A DNA stretch of 64,000 nt from Neocallimastix sp. 'constans' (taxonomy: Eukaryota). The stretch is from assembly GCA_050613775.1 (NCBI GenBank), contig JBODTK010000112.1, positions 1 through 64,000 on the forward strand, written 5' to 3'. This document shows, piece after piece, positions 11,134 through 21,884 of this stretch (positions are counted from its first letter, which is position 1; the number at the start of each line of letters is the position of its first letter). A model generated the notes under the pieces. The model did not search any database and had not been told where the DNA came from. It saw only the letters and a program-made list of their open reading frames with translations. Both the position numbers and the translations under genes were made by a program.

Positions 11134-14100
11134 ATGGGAGCAGAAGCACTCCCAATGACAAAACAATAGCTTCATTAAATAATTTACAAAATAATACTTT
11201 TACCAAGAATACCCCAATTGATAATAATTCCTTTAATAAAGAATCTGAAGAATCTGATTTTAGTGACACAACTGAAAGTGAGGATAATATCATTATAAAT
11301 GCTATAAAAAGAAAAATGAATGATAATAACAGCGAAAAGGAAGAAAATAATTCCAAGAAAGTACATAAAAGTTTAAAAGATAATCCACGTCCTTTCGCAA
11401 CTCCTGCTTTAAGAAAGAAGAAAGAAAATGAGCTACATAATAAACCAAATAAAGTTTATAAAAATCAAATACTTCCTTCAATTTTAACTCAACCAAATAT
11501 TAACAAAGAAAAACAAAAAGAAAAGGAATTAAGAAATATAACAAGAGTAAGAGAAAGTAAAGAAGAAAACAACAATTATTCATCAAAAGGAAAGAAAAAA
11601 GTTGAATCTGAAGATATACTTGTAATCGATAATGAAATAGAAGATATAGAAATGAATAAAGATAATCAACAAAATAAAACTAATACTTTGGAAAAATTAA
11701 TTTCAACAAAAACTAAAGAAACTAATAATGAAAATACTCAGTTAGTAAAAAGGAATATCAAAATGATGAATAATAAAGAACCTTACAATATTATGGATGA
11801 TTTAAATAATCTTAAATCCAGTATTACGATAGGTCAACTCTTGAATGCATGTCCGAAAATTCGTTCACAATTAACTCAAGGTTTAAAGTTAGAAAAATCT
11901 AAAATAATTGGAACTGTAGACAATGTAATAGCACGAACTTTATTAGTGAATAACTATGATCATAGCTACATAAGTAAAAGTAATGAAGTAGCCGAAGAAG
12001 ACTTAGCAATGGTTGATGCAAGTGTTGACGGAGTACTAGGAAAACTTTTAATTGATTCTTGTAGTAACCTAAGCATCGTTACTAAGCAGTATTTTGATAA
12101 ATTACCTGGTGAATATGAAACAGTTGGAAAAAGTCGTGGAAGAATCCAACTAGCAACACAAGATGAAGAATACTCGGAAGGAATTATTGTTCAATTACCA
12201 GTAAAAATTAATAATTATGAATTTAATGCGGACTTTAGAATTATTGAGAAAGAAGACTCATTTTATGATATGTTAATAAACTTTAAAACTCAAATCGATC
12301 ATTGTTTATTTATTCATCCGACCTTAAACAGTTTATGTAAACTTTTGTCAGAAAGTGAATACGAAGAAATAGCTAAAATAAATAATCAATATTATGATGA
12401 AGAAAGTATAATTTGCACTATTAGAAAAGTTAAAGAAACGAATAATGAAAAGGAAATTATAAAGGAATTAACTCCAATGGAATTTATTGAGAGTGATGAA
12501 TTTTTAAGTACCTTAAATAAAGATTATAAAGAACAAATTATTAAAATTCTCAAAGAAATGATTGACATAGTTGCCACTTCAACAGAAGAACTAACTCCTT
12601 CTAAACTTTCACCACATAAGATCCGTTTGAAAGCAAATGCAAAGCCAGTAAAATTAAGAAGTTATAGGTTAACTAAATTAAAATCAGATATCTTAAAAGA
12701 AGAACTTACAAAGCTTATTAAGAAAGGATTGATAGAACCATCCTGTTCAGAATGGTCATCTCCAGTAGTACTCATTCTAAAACACAATGGAAAGTGGCAC
12801 TTGTGTATTGACTACCGAAAAGTCAATGATATGACAGAAAAAGATTCTTATTCAGTTCCATATATAGATGAAATTTTTGATAGTCTCGGAGGATCTAAAA
12901 TATTTACAACTCTTGATTTATTTTCTGGTTTTCACCAAATCTTAATGGATGAAGAAAGCGTTGAAGTAACCACTTTCACTACTAAGTTTGGAAATTATCA
13001 ATTTAAGGTTATGCCTTTTGGACTTACTGGAGCTCCCTCAACCTTCCAAAGAGAAATGAATAAAATTTTATTCCCTTTTATTGGTGAATTTGTTTATGTA
13101 TTTATTGATGATGTTTTGATCTATTCAAAAAGTATCGAAGAACATTTAATTCATATTAAACAAGTATTAGAAGTATTTAAAGAAAACAAGTTAAAAATTA
13201 ATATTGAAAAGTGCCATTTTCTTCAAACTGAAGTTGATGTATTAGGTCACAAACTTACTACTAAAGGATTAAGTCCCATGGAAAGTAAAATAACAGCTAT
13301 TAAGAAGTGGGAAGCCCCTTCATCAATTCATGAATTAAGATCATTTCTAGGAGCAATAGGGTATTATCGTGACTTTATCCCTAAATATGCTCAAATTACC
13401 TCACCTTTATGTAAATTATTGAAAAAGAATACTAAATATGAATGGAATAAAGAACAACAAGAAAGCTTTGAACTCCTAAAAGAAAAATTAATCAATGCAC
13501 CTATTCTAAAATTTCCGTCATTTGACAAACCTTTTATCATTAGAACTGATGCTTCGTATAATGGAATTGGTGGAGTTCTTTTACAAAAAGAAGAAGAAAC
13601 CGGTAAGGAGCATCCAATACACTTTATAAGTAGAAGTTTGAAGAAAACTGAAAAGAATTATGGTATCACAGATTTGGAAGGAACAGCTTTATTTTACTGT
13701 ATGACTAAATTTAAATCTTATATTGAAGGAAATCCATTACCTACAACTATTTACACAGATCATAAACCATTAGTTGGTTTATTTAAGAATAAAGAACCTT
13801 TGAATGCAAGGCAAACAAGATGGTGTCTAACCGCTAGTATGCTTGGAATTAATATAAAATATGAATCAGGCAAAAAGAATGTGTTAGCTGATGCTCTTTC
13901 AAGAATGAAAAGTAAGGAAGAGAGAAAGATATTATTAACAAAAATTACTAATGGAAATAATGAAGAATTATTATCTAAGGTTATAAAGGAATTTATTAAT
14001 GAAAAGTTTACTGTTATTGATGGTGAAGATTACTTTATCGACAATGGAAATTATAGAAAATTAATAACGGACGAAAATGAAAGGTTTAAATTAATTTTAG

Positions 14101-15131
14101 AAGCTCATAATATTGGCCACGAAGGATATTACAAAACATATCAAAGACTTAAGAAAAACTTTTATTGGAATCATATGATTAAAGATATCAAAAGAATTGT
14201 TAGTAATTGTGAAAAATGCCAATTAAATCGTCCTCAACCATATCCAGAACCAACCGAAAACCATCCAACTAAAGTGGAGGGTCCCTTTGTGCATTTAGGA
14301 TTAGATATTATAGGACCGTTACCAAAAACAAGAAATAATAATCAATATATTATAGTAACTGTTGATTACTTTACCAAATGGGTTGAAGCCGAACCCACTG
14401 AAAACATAACTTCCTCTGATATAATTAAATTTTTAATAAACGTTTTTGCAAGACATGGTGTACCTCAAGTTATTACTACTGATAATGGAGTCCAATTCAC
14501 TTCTGATATGACTAAAATCTTTCTTGATCTTTATGATGTATATGTTAAATTTGTAGCTACTTACCACCCTGAATCAAATGGCCTTACTGAAAATCGAAAT
14601 AAAGAAATTGGAAAATTACTCCGTTTATTAGGAAGGAAAAATCAAGATTGGGATGAAGTTTTACCTTCTGCTTTATGGGCACTTCGAACTACCAAAAATA
14701 CAGCTACTGGACATTCTAGTTTTGAATTAGTATATGGAAGAGAAGACCAACAGCCTTATGATATAGCCATAAGAACAATTGAAAATGCAGGTAAATCATA
14801 TGATGAAATCTTAATGGAAAAATTTGTTCGTCATTATCAATGGACTAGAGAAGCATGCGAAAATGTGAAGAATGCTAACAAGTATTGGGCAACAAGACGA
14901 GAAGAACAAATAAGTATGAAAAAAGGAAAAGAATTAAAGGCTGGTGATCTTGTTCTTGTTAGAAACTTTAGCCGCACTAAGCTAGAACCATATTACAATG
15001 GACCATTTAAAATTTTAAAAATTCAATTCAACACGGCAACCCTAATCGATCAGAAGACTGGAAAGCAACTCGATAGGAATGTTCACTTTAAAAATTTAGT
15101 AAAGTTTAACTCCGCTTACAGAGAAGCTTGA
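11121..15131 (+). CDS. pol: Pol polyprotein (PR-RT-RNase H-integrase, GPF tail, no chromodomain), entered by -1 frameshift at 11121-11127
   Basis: Uninterrupted ORF (1271 aa from the first ATG at 11316) with LDLFSGFHQI, MPFGL, FIDD, TDAS, HHCC, DNG and YHPESNGLTE motifs. Confidence 0.96.
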   Translation, partial: FKLLNGSRSTPNDKTIASLNNLQNNTFTKNTPIDNNSFNKESEESDFSDTTESEDNIIINAIKRKMNDNNSEKEENNSKKVHKSLKDNPRPFATPALRKKKENELHNKPNKVYKNQILPSILTQPNINKEKQKEKELRNITRVRESKEENNNYSSKGKKKVESEDILVIDNEIEDIEMNKDNQQNKTNTLEKLISTKTKETNNENTQLVKRNIKMMNNKEPYNIMDDLNNLKSSITIGQLLNACPKIRSQLTQGLKLEKSKIIGTVDNVIARTLLVNNYDHSYISKSNEVAEEDLAMVDASVDGVLGKLLIDSCSNLSIVTKQYFDKLPGEYETVGKSRGRIQLATQDEEYSEGIIVQLPVKINNYEFNADFRIIEKEDSFYDMLINFKTQIDHCLFIHPTLNSLCKLLSESEYEEIAKINNQYYDEESIICTIRKVKETNNEKEIIKELTPMEFIESDEFLSTLNKDYKEQIIKILKEMIDIVATSTEELTPSKLSPHKIRLKANAKPVKLRSYRLTKLKSDILKEELTKLIKKGLIEPSCSEWSSPVVLILKHNGKWHLCIDYRKVNDMTEKDSYSVPYIDEIFDSLGGSKIFTTLDLFSGFHQILMDEESVEVTTFTTKFGNYQFKVMPFGLTGAPSTFQREMNKILFPFIGEFVYVFIDDVLIYSKSIEEHLIHIKQVLEVFKENKLKINIEKCHFLQTEVDVLGHKLTTKGLSPMESKITAIKKWEAPSSIHELRSFLGAIGYYRDFIPKYAQITSPLCKLLKKNTKYEWNKEQQESFELLKEKLINAPILKFPSFDKPFIIRTDASYNGIGGVLLQKEEETGKEHPIHFISRSLKKTEKNYGITDLEGTALFYCMTKFKSYIEGNPLPTTIYTDHKPLVGLFKNKEPLNARQTRWCLTASMLGINIKYESGKKNVLADALSRMKSKEERKILLTKITNGNNEELLSKVIKEFINEKFTVIDGEDYFIDNGNYRKLITDENERFKLILEAHNIGHEGYYKTYQRLKKNFYWNHMIKDIKRIVSNCEKCQLNRPQPYPEPTENHPTKVEGPFVHLGLDIIGPLPKTRNNNQYIIVTVDYFTKWVEAEPTENITSSDIIKFLINVFARHGVPQVITTDNGVQFTSDMTKIFLDLYDVYVKFVATYHPESNGLTENRNKEIGKLLRLLGRKNQDWDEVLPSALWALRTTKNTATGHSSFELVYGREDQQPYDIAIRTIENAGKSYDEILMEKFVRHYQWTREACENVKNANKYWATRREEQISMKKGKELKAGDLVLVRNFSRTKLEPYYNGPFKILKIQFNTATLIDQKTGKQLDRNVHFKNLVKFNSAYREA

Positions 15132-15631
15132 GTCTTCGTCGGGGCATCTTGATAAGAATGTACTAAATAATGCATTCTTAATTAAATCTACGATTTATTT
15201 CTAATACATTATGTGTACATTATTATTTTTGTACTTTAATAAATTTTTAAATCCAAAGATCAAAAATTAAATCAAAAATTATATTAAACTTTATATTTTT
15301 ATATTAAATCTTATATTAATAGTAATATTTTTATATATTTAAAACTTATATTAGCAATATTAATAATAAATCTTATTTTTTTTATATTAATAATGAAAAT
15401 TTATATTAATAATATTTTTATATATTGATAATTAAAAATTTATATATTATATTTTAACTTTTTATTATAAAATTTTATATCGAAATGTTTTATTTTATAT
15501 TGAAAAATATTTTATTTTATTAAAAACCTTTATATTAGAATAGTATTTTTATTTTTATTTGAATATTTTAACAGATTGTAATAAAAATTATAGCCAATTA
15601 AATAAATTCTTATTAGTAATATTTTAGATAT

Positions 15632-15696
<65 letters not shown>

Positions 15697-17334
15697 TTTT
15701 ATTAATATTATAAATGTATTTTATTTATATTGTTATAATTAAATTTTATATAATTGATTATAAAATTTAATTTAAATTTAATAGTTTTTATAAAAAAAAA
15801 AAATAAATAAAATGTAATTTAGTGGCAAGAACAACTTTTATGCCTTGAAAAAAAGTATAAATAGTTGTAAATTTTGCTACCAATTTTTAAAAATCATCAA
15901 ATAAAATCAAATAAATTTATAAATAAAAATAATAAATAAATAAATAAAATTTGTGTTTCCTTACTTTATTTTTATTTAATTCTCTAAAACCTTAACACTG
16001 TTGATAAATAACAAAATTATTAAATTAAAATAAATAATAAAAAACAAATTCTTGTCTAACTTAACCCAAAAATTAATCCATTCTAAAAAAAATTAAATCC
16101 ATATTTAAGAAAAATTAATTAAATAAAAATAATTAAAATAAAATAATAATAAATTAATTAATCATTAATAATTTTAATTAAAAACTAAAATAAATTAATA
16201 AATAATATTTTTCTAAGACTACAAATAAACAAAATAATAAACAAATTTAATAAATTATAAATAACAAATAAACAAACTTATAAACATCTCAAAATTAAAA
16301 TTAACTAGTTAAATAATTTTTTAAGTTACTTTTATTTAAAATAATGATTATTTTATTTATTTTATAACTCAACTTTTATAAACAAATTGTAATTAAAATA
16401 ACATTTTAAAACTCATCTTTATCAACATTTTAATTGTAAATATTGTTTAATTTAATAATAAATTATTCTTTATTTCTCTTTTATTAATTTTATTATTTTA
16501 ATGTAAATAGTTTAAAATCAAAGAAAAATATAAAAACATGTAAATATTTCTTATAAATTATTCTTTATTATTAATTATTTAATAAATTATTATAAATATT
16601 TTATTAGTTTTAATAATCAAAAAGTATGATTATTAATTATTTAATAAATTATTATAAATATTTTATTAGTTTTAATAATCAAAAGTATGATTATTAATTA
16701 GTTAATAAATTATTATAAATATTTTATTAGTTATTAATAATCAATTTTATTATTAAAATTTAAAATAAATTAGTATAAATAATAAATATTTCATTTTATT
16801 ATTTTATTAGTTTTTAACAATTATTTTATTAATTTAAACAAAATTAATTATTAAATAAATAAAGATTAATATTAAAATAAAAATAAATTTTTTTTAATAA
16901 AACATTTTTGTGTTTAATAATAAAACATATTTATTTTTTTAAATTCCTTAAATCAATTTTTATTCAGTATTTATCCTTTTATTCACTTCTGCAAAATTTA
17001 ATTTTTGTAGATTAAGAATATTAGGTATAAATCAATGGTGGAGAATCCTCTTGTTGCCCCGGTGGTAAGTAAAATTTTTTTAGTTTAATATTAGAATAAG
17101 CCTAGTTATTCAATGGTAATATTAAACAATAATTAATACAATAAATTAGTCTAGTTTTAGAATAACTCTAAATTATTCATAGTAATAGACTCAAATAGAT
17201 TTATCTAAATAATATGCAAATAAAATATTATAGCAATAAATTATTATAAATTAAAGTTATTAATATAAATTAATCAACAAATAATATACGTTAAATAAAC
17301 TGCAAATTAAATTAAATTTATCTTTAATAATTAA

Positions 17335-17388
<54 letters not shown>

Positions 17389-17418
17389 ATTAGAAAAATT
17401 TTAATATAAAAAAATTTT

Positions 17419-17461
<43 letters not shown>

Positions 17462-17580
17462 AATAAAAATAAAAATAAAAATAAAATATAACGGAAGAAC
17501 TTTAAGAAGTTCTATTATAAAATTATTATTTATTTTTCAAAAAAGAATATTGTTGCTTTAGAAGCAATAATATAAGTAAA

Positions 17581-17750
17581 ATAATAAGTGGTTTCCGTGA
17601 TTAGTTTATTCTTTCACAGTCGGCGCGCTGGGAAGCTCTGAACTATTCTACAAACGTATAAACGTGTAGGAGAATCACTGGTACGAGTAGTACATGACGC
17701 CTGAGCAAGTGGGCAAGCTGGCTACGAGTATACTACCTACTTATTACTTA
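17581..17750 (+). ncRNA. Conserved structured leader RNA motif, family-B variant
   Basis: Shares GATTA(A)GTTTAT, GCTCTGAACT, AATC, CATGAC, AAGCTG and TACTA in the same order as 1741-1915, with covarying stems. Confidence 0.7.
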
Positions 17751-17923
17751 TATTATTGGAAAATCGTAATTAATATTCTTTTGAGAATTATTAATAATAA
17801 ATATTTATAATTTAACTTTTTATTCTTCTTTAAATATTCAAATAATAAAAATTTATAAATACCATTATACTACTTAACCTTTTATTTTTTTTAATATTTT
17901 CTAGGATATTATTGTATAAAATA

Positions 17924-17987
<64 letters not shown>

Positions 17988-18421
17988 AATAAATAAATAA
18001 ATATATAATAAAAAAAAATAAAATTAGAAAACAATAAAATTTAAATTAAGGAAAACAAATAAAGAAAAGAAGTATTTTTTTTAGTTGGAGGAACTGCTTC
18101 TGTTCTCTTGATTGATTGATACTTATAGTAGGAATCTCTTACCCTTAATACTAGTGTATTATTGCAGTAAGAGCTAACGGACTGTAGAATAAGAATCAAT
18201 ACGGGGGAGTAGGCGCTGATTATAAGTAGAGATCTACGTTAGGTGTAGACGTAGTGTAAAACTCCTATAATCAGTGGGACCAAACGTCGTATTATTCTAC
18301 AACCGTACTATAAGGACGGGAAATCATTCAAGATAAACTAAAGATAATAAGAATTAATAATTTTAGAAATATTACTACTACTACTAATAATAATAATTAA
18401 CAAAAAAAAAAAAAAAAAAAA

Positions 18422-19354
18422 ATGGAAACAACTACCAAAGCTATTACTTTTAGTAGATTACCAATATTAGGTGAAGAAAAAGTCCAATATGAAGAATGGA
18501 AATTCGCCTTTGAAAATTGGTGTCGAAAATATAAAATTGAAAACGAAGAAAAGAATGAATATTTAATTGCCGTAACTACAGATAAAGCAAGAACTATTGT
18601 TATAAATTCTTTAAATAAAGCACAAGCTGACTCTTATGAAATAATCTTAGAAAACTTAAAGAAAAGATTTAAACCTTGTACTCCAAAGAATGTAAAATTT
18701 TTGGAAATATCAACATTAACCATTAAGAAAGGTGAAAAAGTTTCCGACTTCGATACAAAATTCTTACAACTCTTAAATCAATTACAATTAGATGGAAAGG
18801 ATTATATTAGTACTCCATACTACATAAATGCATTTAGAAACTGGTCTAAAATGTATGAGTATTTGTTAGAATCAGAACCTACTAAATTAAGTGATGCAAT
18901 GGAAATAACTTCAAAAAAGGAAAAAATGCTTAAACTTCTTGAAGACAATAAACCAAAATCTAAAACTCAATTCTCAAATGTAAAGAAGAATCTAAATAAC
19001 ACTAATAATAACAATAATAAAAATACTAATTTTAGATCTTTTAACACCAATTATTACAATAAAATTCCTTTTATCTCTAATACTAGGACTAATGAAAATT
19101 CCAGTTATAATAATAAATTTAGAAATAATAACTATAACAACAATTTTACTACAAATAGAAATTTTTACAACCCTGTAGAATTCAACAAAGGAGTCGAACA
19201 GAGAAGAGCAACTTTAAAAAGTTCTCAATTCACTGATAAAGAACTAGATGATATAACAAAAAAATTATCCGATTTAAAAATCAACCTATGCATAAATTGT
19301 CAGCGTATTGGTCACATTGTTGAAGAATGTCCAGAATTAAACCATTTAAATTAG
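18422..19354 (+). CDS. gag: Gag with CCHC zinc knuckle
   Basis: 310-aa ORF; CINCQRIGHIVEEC motif. Confidence 0.9.
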   Translation: METTTKAITFSRLPILGEEKVQYEEWKFAFENWCRKYKIENEEKNEYLIAVTTDKARTIVINSLNKAQADSYEIILENLKKRFKPCTPKNVKFLEISTLTIKKGEKVSDFDTKFLQLLNQLQLDGKDYISTPYYINAFRNWSKMYEYLLESEPTKLSDAMEITSKKEKMLKLLEDNKPKSKTQFSNVKKNLNNTNNNNNKNTNFRSFNTNYYNKIPFISNTRTNENSSYNNKFRNNNYNNNFTTNRNFYNPVEFNKGVEQRRATLKSSQFTDKELDDITKKLSDLKINLCINCQRIGHIVEECPELNHLN

Positions 19355-20721
19355 TTATCGGGAGTACGCAATCTCCCGAGATAAATAAAATTGCAACAAA
19401 CAACTATGATCAAGAATATACTATAGAATATGAAGGAAACAATAATTATATGATTAATGCAGCCCAAAAGAGAAAATTACTAAGTAAGAATGCATTGGAT
19501 AAAAATAAAATATCACCAAGTAATAAATCTATAGTAAAACCTTCCATTCTAAATCAACCTAATATAAAAGCTGTTAAACAACAGAAGAAAGCCATTAGAG
19601 ATAAAAGAAGAAGAGAAATTACAAATGATATAGAAGACATGGATTTATCTAATAATAATATTACGCATGAAGAATCTAATAATAATAGTGAAAGTGTTCG
19701 TGCAACCAATTTTGACAAACCCCAACCCAATATTCCTAATGAAAATAATTATCAAGATAATAATTCAAATACTATACCAGAAAAAGTTAAAACAAAAGGT
19801 AAGCGAAACATGACCGAAATACAAATGTTAAAACCTGAAAATAAATTCAATATTCTAGAAGAAGCCAATAATTTATATCCTAAAATTAGCCTAACACAAT
19901 TATTATCAGCTAGTCCATCTATAAGAAAAGATCTAGAACAAGGTTGTAAACCACGAGTTGAGAAAATACTTTATACTATTCAAAATTTAAATATTCCTAT
20001 ATTATGTGGAAAAATAGGAAACAAATCAGTCAAAATACTTTTCGACACAGGTGCAAATGTTAACATCATAACTAAAAATTCACTTGAAGAACTAGAAAAT
20101 GTAATCATTAATAATTGTGACCTTTCTGAAACTATTACAATTGCCGATGGTACAATACTCCATACTAATTCTTATATAAATTTAAAATTAACTATAAATA
20201 ATAACTTAACTGTGAATGAGAAATTTTATATAATAGATTATACAAATCCATTCTTTAATATTATATTAGGAAGAGGTATACAAAAGAAGTACAGACTCTA
20301 CATTGATCCAGATGATGATTGCTTATATCAAAAAACAAAAAAAGGAATTAAAAGAATAACTGAAATATATAATAACCATACTTCTTTAAAGACGCCTATG
20401 TGTAATGCAATAATAATAGAAAAGAATAAAGGTATCGGAAGTACTCTTTTGCAAAAGGAGGAAGACAAATTAGAACACCCAACTTGTTGTTTAAGTAGGA
20501 CATTGTCAATCAACAATAACAAACCAATAAAATTTATAACTGATTATAAGCCACTTTTAGGTTTGCTCAAGAAAAATATTCCTAACAACAATAGACATGC
20601 TCGTTGGATAGAAGAATTCAATAAATACAAAACCAACCTAGTTTATCAAAAAAGAAAAAGAAATCTTTTCGATGATGCACTTTCAAGACTATCATCAAAA
20701 GACTCTAAAACAACACTTTAG
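19327..20721 (+). CDS. pol: Truncated Pol: N-terminal extension, aspartic protease, fused RNase H remnants
   Basis: LFDTGAN and IILG protease motifs, then GIGSTLLQ...HP, TDYKPL and DALSR RNase H fragments; no RT motifs. Confidence 0.85.
   Translation: MSRIKPFKLVIGSTQSPEINKIATNNYDQEYTIEYEGNNNYMINAAQKRKLLSKNALDKNKISPSNKSIVKPSILNQPNIKAVKQQKKAIRDKRRREITNDIEDMDLSNNNITHEESNNNSESVRATNFDKPQPNIPNENNYQDNNSNTIPEKVKTKGKRNMTEIQMLKPENKFNILEEANNLYPKISLTQLLSASPSIRKDLEQGCKPRVEKILYTIQNLNIPILCGKIGNKSVKILFDTGANVNIITKNSLEELENVIINNCDLSETITIADGTILHTNSYINLKLTINNNLTVNEKFYIIDYTNPFFNIILGRGIQKKYRLYIDPDDDCLYQKTKKGIKRITEIYNNHTSLKTPMCNAIIIEKNKGIGSTLLQKEEDKLEHPTCCLSRTLSINNNKPIKFITDYKPLLGLLKKNIPNNNRHARWIEEFNKYKTNLVYQKRKRNLFDDALSRLSSKDSKTTL
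19345..19379 (+). promoter_or_regulatory. -1 frameshift signal
   Basis: T_TTA_AAT heptamer directly before the gag TAG; hairpin TCGGGAG-TACGCAAT-CTCCCGA 6 nt downstream; the next ORF is in the -1 frame. Confidence 0.85.
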
Positions 20722-21884
20722 TTCTTGAAGATCCACAAACAGGAAAACTCCTTAAAAGAAATGTTCATATAAAAATTTTTTCCCTTATGTACTACAAGAA
20801 AATGATACAACTTCAAGGGACGAAGTTGACTCTTAAGGGCCGAGAAATTGATAAATAACAAAATTATTAAATTAAAATAAATAATAAAAAACAAATTCTT
20901 GTCTAACTTAACCCAAAAATTAATCCATTCTAAAAAAAATTAAATCCATATTTAAGAAAAATTAATTAAATAAAAATAATTAAAATAAAATAATAATAAA
21001 TTAATTAATCATTAATAATTTTAATTAAAAACTAAAATAAATTAATAAATAATATTTTTCTAAGACTACAAATAAACAAAATAATAAACAAATTTAATAA
21101 ATTATAAATAACAAATAAACAAACTTATAAACATCTCAAAATTAAAATTAACTAGTTAAATAATTTTTTAAGTTACTTTTATTTAAAATAATGATTATTT
21201 TATTTATTTTATAACTCAACTTTTATAAACAAATTGTAATTAAAATAACATTTTAAAACTCATCTTTATCAACATTTTAATTGTAAATATTGTTTAATTT
21301 AATAATAAATTATTCTTTATTTCTCTTTTATTAATTTTATTATTTTAATGTAAATAGTTTAAAATCAAAGAAAAATATAAAAACATGTAAATATTTCTTA
21401 TAAATTATTCTTTATTATTAATTATTTAATAAATTATTATAAATATTTTATTAGTTTTAATAATCAAAAAGTATGATTATTAATTATTTAATAAATTATT
21501 ATAAATATTTTATTAGTTTTAATAATCAAAAGTATGATTATTAATTAGTTAATAAATTATTATAAATATTTTATTAGTTATTAATAATCAATTTTATTAT
21601 TAAAATTTAAAATAAATTAGTATAAATAATAAATATTTCATTTTATTATTTTATTAGTTTTTAACAATTATTTTATTAATTTAAACAAAATTAATTATTA
21701 AATAAATAAAGATTAATATTAAAATAAAAATAAATTTTTTTTAATAAAACATTTTTGTGTTTAATAATAAAACATATTTATTTTTTTAAATTCCTTAAAT
21801 CAATTTTTATTCAGTATTTATCCTTTTATTCACTTCTGCAAAATTTAATTTTTGTAGATTAAGAATATTAGGTATAAATCACTG

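Larger units (their letters stand above)
8008..15997 (+). mobile_element. Ty3/gypsy LTR retrotransposon, family A, copy 2 (structurally intact)
   Basis: LTRs 8008-8840 and 15150-15997, PBS 8847-8864, intact gag and pol, 4-bp TSD CTGT at 8004-8007 and 15998-16001. Confidence 0.97.
16002..21881 (+). mobile_element. Non-autonomous gypsy LTR element, family B (gag + protease; RT and most of IN deleted)
   Basis: Two 1033-bp LTRs (16002-17034, 20849-21881; TG...CA) with no difference noticed, PBS TGGTGGAGA at 17036, TSD CTGT at 15998-16001 and 21882-21885. Confidence 0.93.

Noticed and set aside
199..15997. Elements 1 and 2 as an assembly duplication or shared-LTR tandem
   Set aside because: They differ by scattered SNPs, each has its own matching LTR pair, and target-site bases separate them.
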